From sequence record PV764601.1: DNA of 64,000 bases; one strand, given 5' to 3'. Every line of letters begins with the position of its first letter. Within the stretch, counting starts at the first letter, position 1. The notes beneath the pieces were generated by a model, which worked only from the letters and a program-made list of their open reading frames with translations, was not told the origin of the DNA and made no database searches. Positions 26,765 through 36,301 of this stretch are shown piece by piece. A program made the position numbers and the translations under genes.

Positions 26765-28669
26765 ATGACTGTATCTATCAACTACGTGTCAGCACCGCCC
26801 GGAACAGGCAAGACCTCCGCAGCAATTGCGTTCATGAGACGCCACATCATTCTCGGTGCCAAGTCTCAGAAGAAATCCAAGAAACATCATAGGGGTTACG
26901 TCTTCTATGTGGCCCCGACCATCAATCTTTTCGAGCAGACGATGGAAGGTCTGCGTGCTGTACTACCCAAGAAGTACCACGACAGAATCATCAGCATCAG
27001 TAGTGGTAAGGGGACTCGGAATGCGGGCGGGCAGAAGGTCAAGGACAAGATCAACAATGTCCTACTCGGGAGGGGTGTGTCCTCTCTCGACGCGGTAGAC
27101 TTCCTGCCGGGTTCAGTTCTTTTCATCACCCACCACGCATTCATCAGCCTGCGCAAATCCCCTGCATTCAAGAAGACCACTGTGCTCTTTGACGAAAGCC
27201 GGAAGTGGGCTGATATGCTGGACTCAGTTCAGATGGATGCAGGCGTAGAAGAGTTATTCCACAGTCTCTTCAAGACCAAGGAGGTTGGGGCAAGTGGCAT
27301 CAGCCAGATCACTGCTAGGCGCACAGTAAAGGCGGAGATTCTCGCACAGCTGCGCACCAAAGGAGCGGCCCGTTCTTACAAGCAGCTAGACCAACTCTAC
27401 CTGAGCATTGTGCCGGAGCCGTCACAGCCTACACGCTTGAAAGTGTATGGCATGTTTGAAGGCACCCAATCAAAACGACGCCTAGTGAGGATCACCCTGC
27501 CGTCCAACCCGTTCACGGGGTTCAAAGCTGTCTACATTCTGTCAGCAGATTTTGAAACATCCCAGATGTATCATCTGTTGAAGATGGAGGGATGTAGCGT
27601 CCGCAATGCCACCGCAGAATTCTTGGAGAAATATGCAGAGGGTGGACTAGGTAAGGCGCTGAATACGATCATGCACAGATGCAAGCATCTGATCCTGATC
27701 CCACTACTCGACACTCCGCAGATGCCAAGCAAGTACCTGCTAGATGGCGGAATGATTCTCCCGAAGAGCAAATTGACTTCATTCAAGGAGAAGAAAGATG
27801 AGCTCGGTATCTCTACAAGCACCTTGCGCGACCTAAGCGAGTATATGAACTCCGCAGGAGCCTACCCTGCCAAGCTACGCAAGTCGCAACGCGCTATGGT
27901 CAAGTACATGGATGAAGCTGGGTGCCACCTGAATGTCTTGGAATGGCAAATGCGGTGCGTGCAAAAGATCGCGCAGCTGTGGTGGAAGAAGCATCCCCCT
28001 ACTACCGTCAACCCGATCATCGTCAACAAGGGATACGACAAGCACAAACTCAACCCGGATCATTTTCAGTATCTAGACCTTGGACGCGTTGAGGGTACGA
28101 ATGCGTACCGAGACAGTAACGTGGTAGCTTTCTTGGCCGCAGTGAATCCGGACAAGCCACTTGAGCGTTTGCTGCAAGCCCTGCTCCCCAAGTATGATGC
28201 CCGACAGGATTTCGTGGTGGACAAGGCCATTCAATCAATTGGTCGGGGTTGTATCAGAAACCATCTGAGCGAGGAACCTATGATAGCGGTGGTTCCAACT
28301 CTTGGACTGGCAGAATTGATCTGTGCGCGCATGAGTCACCTACCCATTGTGGATCGCAATTGGATGGAGAAGTTGGGCAGCTATACGCCGTGGAGTGTTC
28401 AGCACCTACGATCCGAAGAGGCGCAGCAGCGCGTATCGACAAAGGGACTAGGCAAAAAAGCCGCGCTGAAAAAGCGACGTAGCGTAGCCTTGACGGATTT
28501 CCGAAAGCGCTGGCCTCAGTACAATTCCCTGTCGGTGCAAATGTACCGTTTGCGTAAGCAGCTAAAAACGGTCGAGTCGCCTGAACTCATGGCCCGGCTG
28601 GAGGAAGTGCAGGAGGCACTGGATAAGGTAAAGGCGGAAATGAAGGAAGCGAGGGCGCAGGAAGCGTAG
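26765..28669 (+). CDS. Superfamily 2 helicase / origin-binding-protein-like ATPase
   Basis: Walker A APPGTGKT, motif II LFDES, motif III LSADF, motif VI QSIGRGCIR; basic C-terminal helical tail. Confidence 0.8.
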   Translation: MTVSINYVSAPPGTGKTSAAIAFMRRHIILGAKSQKKSKKHHRGYVFYVAPTINLFEQTMEGLRAVLPKKYHDRIISISSGKGTRNAGGQKVKDKINNVLLGRGVSSLDAVDFLPGSVLFITHHAFISLRKSPAFKKTTVLFDESRKWADMLDSVQMDAGVEELFHSLFKTKEVGASGISQITARRTVKAEILAQLRTKGAARSYKQLDQLYLSIVPEPSQPTRLKVYGMFEGTQSKRRLVRITLPSNPFTGFKAVYILSADFETSQMYHLLKMEGCSVRNATAEFLEKYAEGGLGKALNTIMHRCKHLILIPLLDTPQMPSKYLLDGGMILPKSKLTSFKEKKDELGISTSTLRDLSEYMNSAGAYPAKLRKSQRAMVKYMDEAGCHLNVLEWQMRCVQKIAQLWWKKHPPTTVNPIIVNKGYDKHKLNPDHFQYLDLGRVEGTNAYRDSNVVAFLAAVNPDKPLERLLQALLPKYDARQDFVVDKAIQSIGRGCIRNHLSEEPMIAVVPTLGLAELICARMSHLPIVDRNWMEKLGSYTPWSVQHLRSEEAQQRVSTKGLGKKAALKKRRSVALTDFRKRWPQYNSLSVQMYRLRKQLKTVESPELMARLEEVQEALDKVKAEMKEARAQEA

Positions 28670-28696
28670 GCCCTGAAACGAGGGTGTTCCGACCCC

Positions 28697-28859
28697 TCGA
28701 TTTTTCAAAGGGTGCTCGAACTGAACCTGAACGGCAGCTTAACGGGAATCAGGGGTGGCGTGCACCCCGATTTACTTGTGCTATAATGTACGTGTGGAGT
28801 AGTGTGCCTGTCGTATGCAGCACGCCAAACACACTTTGAAAATAACGCACTCATCGGAG
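28697..28859 (+). promoter_or_regulatory. Promoter-leader cassette copy 1 (extended -10 TGcTATAAT at 28779-28787)
   Basis: Near-identical to 63051-63214 over the first ~63 bp, identical over the last 36 bp; ends in the GGAG RBS of the next gene. Confidence 0.8.
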
Positions 28860-28864
28860 ACAAC

Positions 28865-29056
28865 ATGAGGAAGCTCGTACAGTACACCTCGCGCATCCCT
28901 GCAAAGAGACGGGCCATCGCTTCACACAATCTTGACCAACGCGCAGAAGACGGGGCGCAACGAATCGAGAACATGATAAACGGGATTGAGAACGATCCCT
29001 TGCCGCTCTACTTTGACGAACGCGACGAAGCAGTCCGCCTTCGCAATCGCCGCTAA
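28865..29056 (+). CDS. Hypothetical early protein (63 aa)
   Basis: ATG after GGAG RBS at the end of the promoter cassette. Confidence 0.65.
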   Translation: MRKLVQYTSRIPAKRRAIASHNLDQRAEDGAQRIENMINGIENDPLPLYFDERDEAVRLRNRR

Positions 29057-29062
29057 TGAAAT

Positions 29063-29087
29063 GGGCACGCCAAACTTTGGCGTGCCC
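29063..29087. repeat. Perfect 12-bp-arm palindrome
   Basis: gggcacgccaaa-c-tttggcgtgccc. Confidence 0.8.
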
Positions 29088-29115
29088 TTTAACGCACTCC
29101 ATAGGAGACAACGCA

Positions 29116-29544
29116 ATGAACACTGCCCCGACCACCAACGAATTCATCGCCGCCGCTGCCAAGGTTGTTTGCGGGATGCTCGCACTCGCCGCCTTTGTCC
29201 ACGTCAATCCGGGCAAGCTCTTCTCGGAAGAGACGAGCAAGCTGCCCGCGCGCATCGTCAATAGCGTCAAGGCTGTGATGGGATCGGAGCCCACCCTGAA
29301 CGATGCAGCCTTGGCTGATATGCGCCAGTGCCGGAGTGTAGTTGCTCCGCTGCTGGGCTACTCTTCGGGCTACGACGTTAGCGCTGACGTGCTGTGCGGT
29401 TGCGTGGTTGACGTTCGGGCCAAGTGGAAGTTGCAAGGTCACCGCCCGACGGAAGACGACAAGGCTTCGGTCATGCTTGTGTGTGATGAAGTCGCGCAGC
29501 GCAACATCGTTGATCGCATTTCGGTCAACGTCGCTTCCTACTGA
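29116..29544 (+). CDS. Hypothetical membrane-anchored/exported protein
   Basis: AGGAG RBS; hydrophobic N-terminal segment; several Cys in the C-terminal half. Confidence 0.6.
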   Translation: MNTAPTTNEFIAAAAKVVCGMLALAAFVHVNPGKLFSEETSKLPARIVNSVKAVMGSEPTLNDAALADMRQCRSVVAPLLGYSSGYDVSADVLCGCVVDVRAKWKLQGHRPTEDDKASVMLVCDEVAQRNIVDRISVNVASY

Positions 29545-29554
29545 GGATCGGATC

Positions 29555-29815
29555 ATGGCACGTCTGACCTACAAGAAAGTAAACGCCGCTATCGCAGCGG
29601 AGGGCATGAAGCTGGAACTGGTGAAGGGTGAAGGCTACCACTACTTCATCGGGGAGGATCAGGATCACGCTATCGAGTCCAGCGTCCCAATCCTGCACCT
29701 CAATTGGTGCACTCTTGAAGAGTGGTTGCATCAAGCGCGCATGGTCAAGAACGACAACGATGCGCGCAAGCCGGAAGAGTGGGACCACGCCACTGTCATC
29801 AAGCTCAAACTCTAA
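29555..29815 (+). CDS. Hypothetical protein
   Basis: GAGGA RBS, MARLTYKKVN start. Confidence 0.65.
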   Translation: MARLTYKKVNAAIAAEGMKLELVKGEGYHYFIGEDQDHAIESSVPILHLNWCTLEEWLHQARMVKNDNDARKPEEWDHATVIKLKL

Positions 29816-29834
29816 CGCATCCGAGGACGGATCA

Positions 29835-30380
29835 ATGAAGAACCTCATCTTTGTTCGTGACAACCGCCGCAACAATTTCTCCACCCGAGTGGGCAATCAG
29901 ATTCTTGTGCTCGCCCGTGCCGCCGAGGGCATGGCCCTTGACGAGGATACGGAGTTCATGATCGTTGGCAAGCTTGGCACCCATCCACGCGGTTGGATCG
30001 TGGAACCAGTCACTGACGAGGTACGCCTGATAAACCACTCGGGTTTCGAGTGCACGGGCAGCATGTGCCGCACGCTGGCATATGATCTTGCAACGAAACA
30101 GTGGTTGACGCCGGGCCGTCTGAACGGCTTAATCACGACAGTGGATAACGTCAACCACGACTGGCGTTTCCCGGTGTGGGACCAAGCGGAACTCGATGCC
30201 ATCAAGGCATCGCCGCACTTCAAGCCGGAGAACCTCATCATGAAGACCGAAGGGGAAGGCGCTCTGGCCAGCTACGCATGGGGGTATCGCCCCACGGTGC
30301 CGGGCAAGGCTTACGTAAAGCGCGGCGAGTCTCGGGTACATGGCGTGCCTTCGTTCGATGAACTGGAGATTCTGCCATGA
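29835..30380 (+). CDS. Hypothetical protein
   Basis: GAGGA RBS, MKNLIFVRD start. Confidence 0.65.
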   Translation: MKNLIFVRDNRRNNFSTRVGNQILVLARAAEGMALDEDTEFMIVGKLGTHPRGWIVEPVTDEVRLINHSGFECTGSMCRTLAYDLATKQWLTPGRLNGLITTVDNVNHDWRFPVWDQAELDAIKASPHFKPENLIMKTEGEGALASYAWGYRPTVPGKAYVKRGESRVHGVPSFDELEILP

Positions 30381-30634
30381 GCCGCACTTACTCGGACGTG
30401 ATCGCAGACTTGGGCAGGTGCAGGGATGCGATCCAGAAACACACGACGATCATGTACCTCGTACTGATCGTCGGGATCGCTCTGGCGGTCTTCATCCACT
30501 GGACGATCGGGTTGATCGCAGTGGTTGCTTACATTGTCCTCATGTGGCGTCGGGCCACGTTCTTCCACCGCAAGGCCGAACTGAAACAGGAGCAAGCGGC
30601 CTTCTACTCTTCCTCGCAGGTAGGTACTGAATGA
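30377..30634 (+). CDS. Small membrane protein (2 TM)
   Basis: ATGA overlap; hydrophobic hairpin. Confidence 0.65.
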   Translation: MSRTYSDVIADLGRCRDAIQKHTTIMYLVLIVGIALAVFIHWTIGLIAVVAYIVLMWRRATFFHRKAELKQEQAAFYSSSQVGTE

Positions 30635-31026
30635 TTACGGATAATTGGCGGAACAAGATGCGGATACAGGTGCTCACGGACGCCAAGGATGATTTGGTGT
30701 CGCACATCGGGCACCTGTACGCGATGCGACGCATCAAGTTCGAGGCGATCAAGAAACTGCGCCGCGTGCGTATGTTCGGGTTGCTGGGTGCAGCAGTGAT
30801 GCTGGTGGCGCTTATTGTACTGTCCATCGTTGCGAACAACATCCCGATGATAGCAATTCCCATCGTGGCGCTGATCTTCGGGTGTGTCGTGGTTGCGCAT
30901 CAAGTGCTGTGGTCGCTACCCTCGGATATTCGGCGGCTCCATGTCGAAGCCAATGAGTTTACGGAGCAGGCGCGTAAACTTGAAATCAATCTCAACCTGA
31001 TCGAGCAAGAGCTCGGGGAGCTTTAA
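30631..31026 (+). CDS. Small membrane protein (2 TM)
   Basis: ATGA overlap; two hydrophobic segments and a coiled-coil tail. Confidence 0.65.
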   Translation: MITDNWRNKMRIQVLTDAKDDLVSHIGHLYAMRRIKFEAIKKLRRVRMFGLLGAAVMLVALIVLSIVANNIPMIAIPIVALIFGCVVVAHQVLWSLPSDIRRLHVEANEFTEQARKLEINLNLIEQELGEL

Positions 31027-31535
31027 TGCGTATCGTAATCGCGGAAGGGGATACCCTTGTCATTGACGTTGACGGCGGCGAGCAAGAGGTTTTCGTTGTT
31101 CGCTACTGCAACGGAGCACTCTCGGTCACTGCGTCACTTCCTGACGACCTCAGCCGCATGGGTGAACTGTACCGTGAGTCCTATGGCAAAGTCGCCACGG
31201 ATTCTTCGGACGATTATGTCGATGATGAAGAAGAGGTTATGGAGCCTCGACTTCCCAACAACAAGTACCGTCTCTACTACACCTTCAAGGAAGATCACGA
31301 AAAAGAACAGAACGACATTTTCATCTACGATAAGTCGGTGATGGCGCCGACCCTCAAGGAGGCAATTGCACGCCTCATGGCACATAACAACGACGTGCCA
31401 ATTGTAATGGAACCGGATGAATGCCTCATGCTGCCGTTCGGCAAGTTGGATTGGGAATCCAACTACATCGAGATTCCCGAAGCAGAAGTGCTCGCTGCTG
31501 TCCAAGAAATCGAGCAAGAACCCACCACTCCGTAA
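31026..31535 (+). CDS. Hypothetical acidic protein
   Basis: TAATG coupling; 169 aa. Confidence 0.65.
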   Translation: MRIVIAEGDTLVIDVDGGEQEVFVVRYCNGALSVTASLPDDLSRMGELYRESYGKVATDSSDDYVDDEEEVMEPRLPNNKYRLYYTFKEDHEKEQNDIFIYDKSVMAPTLKEAIARLMAHNNDVPIVMEPDECLMLPFGKLDWESNYIEIPEAEVLAAVQEIEQEPTTP

Positions 31536-31574
31536 CACCCACTCGCAACATCACTCAAAGAAGGAAGTAGCATC

Positions 31575-32213
31575 ATGGCAAAGAAAGTCGCTCGCTGGAT
31601 CGCCGATGGCACCAACACCTTGTTCCAGTCGGAAGAGGCCGTCTGCCTCGCACAGATGCGTGGTCTGATCCAGACTGCACTGGAAGGCGCGCAGGATCGC
31701 AAGGCCAACATGTTCCGTGAACTGATCGAAGGGGAAATCGGCGGCCTGATCGCAGACTACCGCAACGCGATCAAGGCACACGCTGACGGCAGCTTCACGG
31801 TTGAAGCCGGTTCCACTGGCGCGGTCAAGGTGACGCGTTACAAGGCGAAGGACGGGAAGCTGTTCACCAGCAAGGAACTGGCCGAGAACTACGAGGTCAA
31901 CGTCATGCCGCACATCAAGGTTCTCAAGAAGAAGGCTGCGGCCCTTCTGGCGAACAAGGATGCGACGGCCGAAGGCGAACTGAGCGCTGACAAGCTGCTG
32001 GAAGAACTGCTGGACGGCGCGCTGGGTGAGTCGATGGAACAAGTGTTCCAGGCACGTCAGGCCGTCGCCGATGCAGAGCGTGCTGCACGCGAAGCGGAGG
32101 AAGAGGCAGCCCAGGAACGCAAGCGTGCGGAAAAGAAGGCAGCACGCGCCGCGCAGGAAGCCATCACGGAAGACCCGGATGACAACGGCGACGACGAGGA
32201 AGACGAAGAGTAA
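31575..32213 (+). CDS. Hypothetical protein with coiled-coil and acidic tail
   Basis: AAGGA RBS, biased codon usage, followed by a terminator. Confidence 0.7.
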   Translation: MAKKVARWIADGTNTLFQSEEAVCLAQMRGLIQTALEGAQDRKANMFRELIEGEIGGLIADYRNAIKAHADGSFTVEAGSTGAVKVTRYKAKDGKLFTSKELAENYEVNVMPHIKVLKKKAAALLANKDATAEGELSADKLLEELLDGALGESMEQVFQARQAVADAERAAREAEEEAAQERKRAEKKAARAAQEAITEDPDDNGDDEEDEE

Positions 32214-32227
32214 TCTTCGGTAGTAGA

Positions 32228-32252
32228 GCAGGGATACATGGTGTATCCCTGC
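32228..32252 (+). terminator. Terminator hairpin
   Basis: gcagggataca-tgg-tgtatccctgc. Confidence 0.6.
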
Positions 32253-32321
32253 TTCACATTAGCGCGGTAACCCGAGGCGCAGGGTTACGATTAAAGCGAA
32301 GGCGTCCCTAAAAAGGAATCT

Positions 32322-33695
32322 ATGAACAAGCTCATTCTTGCATTGGCACTGTCCCTGTCGTTCTCCGCACTGGCGCAGAACCCGCCGTGCCCCGAAGGTA
32401 CGGTCAACTGCTCCAATCAGAACATGGGTGACACGTCCACCACGGCGGACAACACCAATTCCAACTCCACGCAGATCGGCAACTCGACTGCATCGAACCA
32501 ATCGGGCAACAGCAACACTGGTGAGAACAACCTCCAGCAGAGCGGCAACACGGTTGACCAAAGTGGCAACACGGTGCAGGGTGGTCATGCTCAGGGTGGC
32601 GCAGGTGGTTCGGCCACGGGCAACCTGAGCAACAACGACAATGACAACCGTTCCTCGGTTGGCAACACGTCGAGCAGCAGCGGTGGCAACACCCTGTCGA
32701 ATGGTGGCAACCGCACGGGCGATATGACGGGTGGCAACTCCTCCAACGCCAACGCCATCAACGGCGGCAACAGTTCCAACAGCAACATGGGCAATGGCAA
32801 CGGGTCGAACAACACGACCACTGCCAACGGCGGCGCTGGTGGTGCAGGTGGTGCGGGCGGTCAGGGCGGTTCCGCATGGCAGGGTCAAGGCCAGTCGAGC
32901 AGCAATACCAATGGCAACGCGAACGCGCTGACCGGAGGTAACAACTCGGCAACCACGGGCAACAATACCAACGCGCTGGGCCAGAGCAGCATCAACGGCC
33001 TGTCGAATGACGGCAGTGGCAACAGCAGCAACAAGAATGCGAACTCGGCCTCGCAGGGCCAGAGCAGCGCCAACACCAACGCGGTGGGTCAGTCCACCAA
33101 CGTCGGTGGCCAATCGACCAGCACCAAGGTTGGTGGGCAGTCGAGTAGCATGTCGAATGACGGCAGTGGCAACAGCAGCACGCACGTTGACGCTTCCAAC
33201 AATTCGAGCTACCGCGCACTGGCACTGAGCATCCCGGCTGTCGTGCCGCTGACTCCTTCCTCGTATGTCGCCACTGGCAACATCATCAAGGAAACGTCGG
33301 CCTGTGGTCCGCTGCAAAAGGTTGTGACTGAGCGAGTCAACGGAACCTTCCACGGCCTGTTCATCAAGTCGAGCATCGACCAAGGCATCACCCAGGAACT
33401 GGTGCCCTACACCGATGCCAATGGTAACTTGGTGCCGTACCTGACCTTTGAAGGTCCGACTGGCCCGCGCTACTACGGGCATCAGGTCACCATGTTCACC
33501 ACGGTGGTTGGCGTTTCGGGTAACCGCAACGTTGCGCTGGGCGGCGGTGGTCGCAGTCAGGAATGGGGTCAGGCTGGCATGGGCACGTCGAGCGCCAATC
33601 AGCGCATGGTCACTACCATCCAGCTTCGCCTGTGCGAACTGCCGCAGGAAGTGAAGCCGGTGCAGTACATCATCCGCAGCAAGATCGAAGGTTGA
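32322..33695 (+). CDS. Secreted Gly/Asn/Ser-rich low-complexity repeat protein
   Basis: Sec signal peptide (MNKLILALALSLSFSALA|Q), ~270 aa G/N/S/T/Q-rich region, globular C-terminus; exact 30-bp internal repeat at 33001 and 33151. Confidence 0.8.
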   Translation: MNKLILALALSLSFSALAQNPPCPEGTVNCSNQNMGDTSTTADNTNSNSTQIGNSTASNQSGNSNTGENNLQQSGNTVDQSGNTVQGGHAQGGAGGSATGNLSNNDNDNRSSVGNTSSSSGGNTLSNGGNRTGDMTGGNSSNANAINGGNSSNSNMGNGNGSNNTTTANGGAGGAGGAGGQGGSAWQGQGQSSSNTNGNANALTGGNNSATTGNNTNALGQSSINGLSNDGSGNSSNKNANSASQGQSSANTNAVGQSTNVGGQSTSTKVGGQSSSMSNDGSGNSSTHVDASNNSSYRALALSIPAVVPLTPSSYVATGNIIKETSACGPLQKVVTERVNGTFHGLFIKSSIDQGITQELVPYTDANGNLVPYLTFEGPTGPRYYGHQVTMFTTVVGVSGNRNVALGGGGRSQEWGQAGMGTSSANQRMVTTIQLRLCELPQEVKPVQYIIRSKIEG

Positions 33696-33701
33696 TTCAC
33701 C

Positions 33702-33730
33702 GGAGGGGTGGCTTAGGCTGCCCCTCCTTT
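33702..33730 (+). terminator. Rho-independent terminator
   Basis: ggaggggtggc-ttag-gctgcccctcc followed by TTT. Confidence 0.7.
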
Positions 33731-33743
33731 CAAGGAAAGGATC

Positions 33744-34088
33744 ATGGTAATCGTAGACGTGACGTTGGCGCTGATTTGCTTTGCGGGTCAGTGCCATCCT
33801 GCTTTAGTAGGAACCGATACTCCGCGCGGCGAGTTTCAGATGACGCACGCTGAGACGGACTGGCCGGGATACGGCGGCGACGTTCTCATGTTCAGGCACA
33901 CTGCCAAGGGCGTGTCTGCTATCCACCGCACCTACACACTTGGCAACGCACAGCATCGGGAACGTCGCATCCAGTCAGACAACCCTGCTGACCGCCGAGG
34001 CATTACCGCTGGCTGTGTCAACGTAACACCGGAAGTGTACGAGCAATTGTTGGACTGCTGCTCCAATCAAAAGCTCATCATCAAGTAA
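33744..34088 (+). CDS. L,D-transpeptidase (YkuD-like) catalytic-domain protein
   Basis: PALVG..TP.GEF, AIHRT and TAGCVNV (His...Cys catalytic motif). Confidence 0.75.
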   Translation: MVIVDVTLALICFAGQCHPALVGTDTPRGEFQMTHAETDWPGYGGDVLMFRHTAKGVSAIHRTYTLGNAQHRERRIQSDNPADRRGITAGCVNVTPEVYEQLLDCCSNQKLIIK

Positions 34089-34130
34089 CGCACGGGCATC
34101 GCCTGACTATTCACCACAAGGGGTAACGCA

Positions 34131-34364
34131 ATGATCCAGTCTTGGGACAAGTTCTGCCGCGTCGAAGGCCGCGATGGCATTCACAAAGTCATCGAGTATG
34201 GCGCACTGGAAAGCAAGGTACGTAGCGAGCGTACCGGAGAGACGTTCAACATCTACACGGCCAAGTGCCACGCCGACGCTGCACTCAAGATCAAATCATC
34301 CAAGGATCGCCGGGCTGCTTCAAGCGCCATCGGCATGCCAAAGACCAAGCCGGGGAAGCGCTAA
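34131..34364 (+). CDS. Hypothetical protein
   Basis: 77 aa, co-oriented, RBS present. Confidence 0.55.
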   Translation: MIQSWDKFCRVEGRDGIHKVIEYGALESKVRSERTGETFNIYTAKCHADAALKIKSSKDRRAASSAIGMPKTKPGKR

Positions 34365-34579
34365 TGGATATGCGATTCATTCCGTGGTTCAAGCGCCATA
34401 AGGGCAAGAACCTCATTGTGGGCACCCTCATCGGCAGCATCATGTGCGCGCTGCCAGCCTTCTTCAAATCGTTAGGGCTTGCGTTCTCGATCATCGGATC
34501 AATCAACCTGCTGGTCGCCCTGATCGTCTTCGCCACATGGCGGTTGGACATTGCTTTCTACAAGGAGTTGGGTAAATGA
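34364..34579 (+). CDS. Small membrane protein
   Basis: TAATG coupling; two hydrophobic segments. Confidence 0.55.
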   Translation: MDMRFIPWFKRHKGKNLIVGTLIGSIMCALPAFFKSLGLAFSIIGSINLLVALIVFATWRLDIAFYKELGK

Positions 34580-34860
34580 ACCAAGTTCAATCTAAGCATC
34601 TTTCGGTGCGCGTGCAGGTCAAGACCTCTTACCTGTGCGACGATTGCACGCCTGACAGTACACCCGCGCATCACGTGCGCAGGGCGAGTTACAGGGACTT
34701 CTGCGCCGTGTGTGAGAAGCACACTCGGGGTAACCTTGTTACCAACCGCACCCCTTTGAAAGCGGAACACTTCATCGAGCAGGTGCGCGCCAACATCAAC
34801 AACCTGAGCGATCAAGACTTCCGCGAATTCGTTCGCACTGCACTTGATGCGATGGAGTGA
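34576..34860 (+). CDS. Small Zn-finger-like protein
   Basis: CDDC...CAVC pairs; AAGGAG RBS. Confidence 0.6.
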   Translation: MNQVQSKHLSVRVQVKTSYLCDDCTPDSTPAHHVRRASYRDFCAVCEKHTRGNLVTNRTPLKAEHFIEQVRANINNLSDQDFREFVRTALDAME

Positions 34861-34864
34861 TCGC

Positions 34865-35143
34865 ATGTATATCCACGGTGACCGGGCGTACATCTTCTAC
34901 AACATGTGGGACGTTCTGCTTTACTTTGGCTGGTGCTACCAACGAGATAGGGTGGAGATAAATCTCAATATCGTAACCGTGTTGACCTATGCGTGCTGGT
35001 GTGTGGCGTTGGCCGGCAAGGGCAAGCTTTTGTTAGCCCTGTGTTTCCTCGTTGCTGCGTGCGTCGCTGCTTGTTTCCAGTTCGTTCACATCAACGAATA
35101 CGTATTCAAGGCCCTAAAGGGGAAGCACTATGTCGCTGGATAA
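34865..35143 (+). CDS. Small membrane protein
   Basis: Hydrophobic; start uncertain. Confidence 0.45.
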   Translation: MYIHGDRAYIFYNMWDVLLYFGWCYQRDRVEINLNIVTVLTYACWCVALAGKGKLLLALCFLVAACVAACFQFVHINEYVFKALKGKHYVAG

Positions 35144-35513
35144 TCAGTTCGGTCACCGCACCCTCGTCTTCGTGGATGGTCAGTTCCAAGAGCTTACCGA
35201 TGAATTCGGTGGCCGTGTTCAATTCCAGAATCACGTGGACGTTTTGGAAACCCACCTCAACAGCGGCGCATATAGTGACCGCATGTTCTCGTGGGATAGC
35301 AGCAAGTTCGACCGTTGCGCTAAGAAAGTGTGGGGCAACTCGGGTCAGTATTTCTATAGCCCGCAGCGCACTCCGGCCCAAATCGAAGAGTTCCTGCGGT
35401 TGTATTTCGATCAGCCCGAACTCGTACTGACCAAGATCACTCACTACACCAACCAGTCCAATGGCTACCCGGTGTGGTTCTTCGGTTACCACTATCCGAG
35501 GGATACAAAATGA
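35130..35513 (+). CDS. Hypothetical protein
   Basis: 127 aa; ends in NGYPVWFFGY motif. Confidence 0.65.
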   Translation: MSLDNQFGHRTLVFVDGQFQELTDEFGGRVQFQNHVDVLETHLNSGAYSDRMFSWDSSKFDRCAKKVWGNSGQYFYSPQRTPAQIEEFLRLYFDQPELVLTKITHYTNQSNGYPVWFFGYHYPRDTK

Positions 35514-35734
35514 TCCTCCCCATCGTTGCAATCACCAACACCAACGCCACACAATCCCTGCTGCGATCCCTGAGCGTGAAAGGTGGGTTGCGTGCGGCGG
35601 GCGATTGGCAGCTGACGGTGAAAGACAAAGCGAAGCAACTCATCCGGCAGGATCGGGATGCTATGCGAACGCACAAGTTGAAACAGCAGTATCCGAACCC
35701 ACGCGATTTGATGAAAAGGAGTTTCACAGGATGA
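35510..35734 (+). CDS. Hypothetical protein
   Basis: ATGA overlaps at both ends. Confidence 0.55.
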   Translation: MILPIVAITNTNATQSLLRSLSVKGGLRAAGDWQLTVKDKAKQLIRQDRDAMRTHKLKQQYPNPRDLMKRSFTG

Positions 35735-36300
35735 GCCGTCGCCCGACCTTCACCTACTGCAAGCCGTTCGCTGACAAGAATTGGGGCGTCGTCGTTGAGA
35801 ACGGCACGCCGGAGCAAATGGTTGCCCTTCGTTCCAGTGTCACGGACAACTGGATTGAGAGCCCTCACTACAAGGCGCACCGAAAGTCGCACGCCTTCCT
35901 GCAAGGCTATGATGAGAAGGGCGGGTGGTGCTTCATTGAGTTTTGGTCGCCGCAGGAGCATCACGGCGATTCGGTCGCGCTGTTGAAAGCAGCGTTCAAG
36001 GAAGCAGTATCGTTCAGCCGAAACCGTCCGAAGTACAAGCGCCGTCGCGTGTATGAAGTCTTCGGTGAAATCCTCATCGACCGCAAGGTTCGCACGTTGC
36101 GTCAAGTGCGCCAGATCGTGCGCGAGGCATTGATGGACGATCAACGTGTGTATGTGGACCGCGTAACGAAAACCACTTCGACACACGAAACGACGCGCAT
36201 CTATCGCCATAGTTCCGGCTACGAGTTGGACACCATCCATCCGTTCGGCCACAACGCATTCCCCCACAAGGGGCATCGCTACTACGCCAAGAGGAAGTGA
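35731..36300 (+). CDS. Hypothetical protein
   Basis: Start MSRRPTF after AAGGAG RBS. Confidence 0.6.
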   Translation: MSRRPTFTYCKPFADKNWGVVVENGTPEQMVALRSSVTDNWIESPHYKAHRKSHAFLQGYDEKGGWCFIEFWSPQEHHGDSVALLKAAFKEAVSFSRNRPKYKRRRVYEVFGEILIDRKVRTLRQVRQIVREALMDDQRVYVDRVTKTTSTHETTRIYRHSSGYELDTIHPFGHNAFPHKGHRYYAKRK

Positions 36301-36301
36301 C

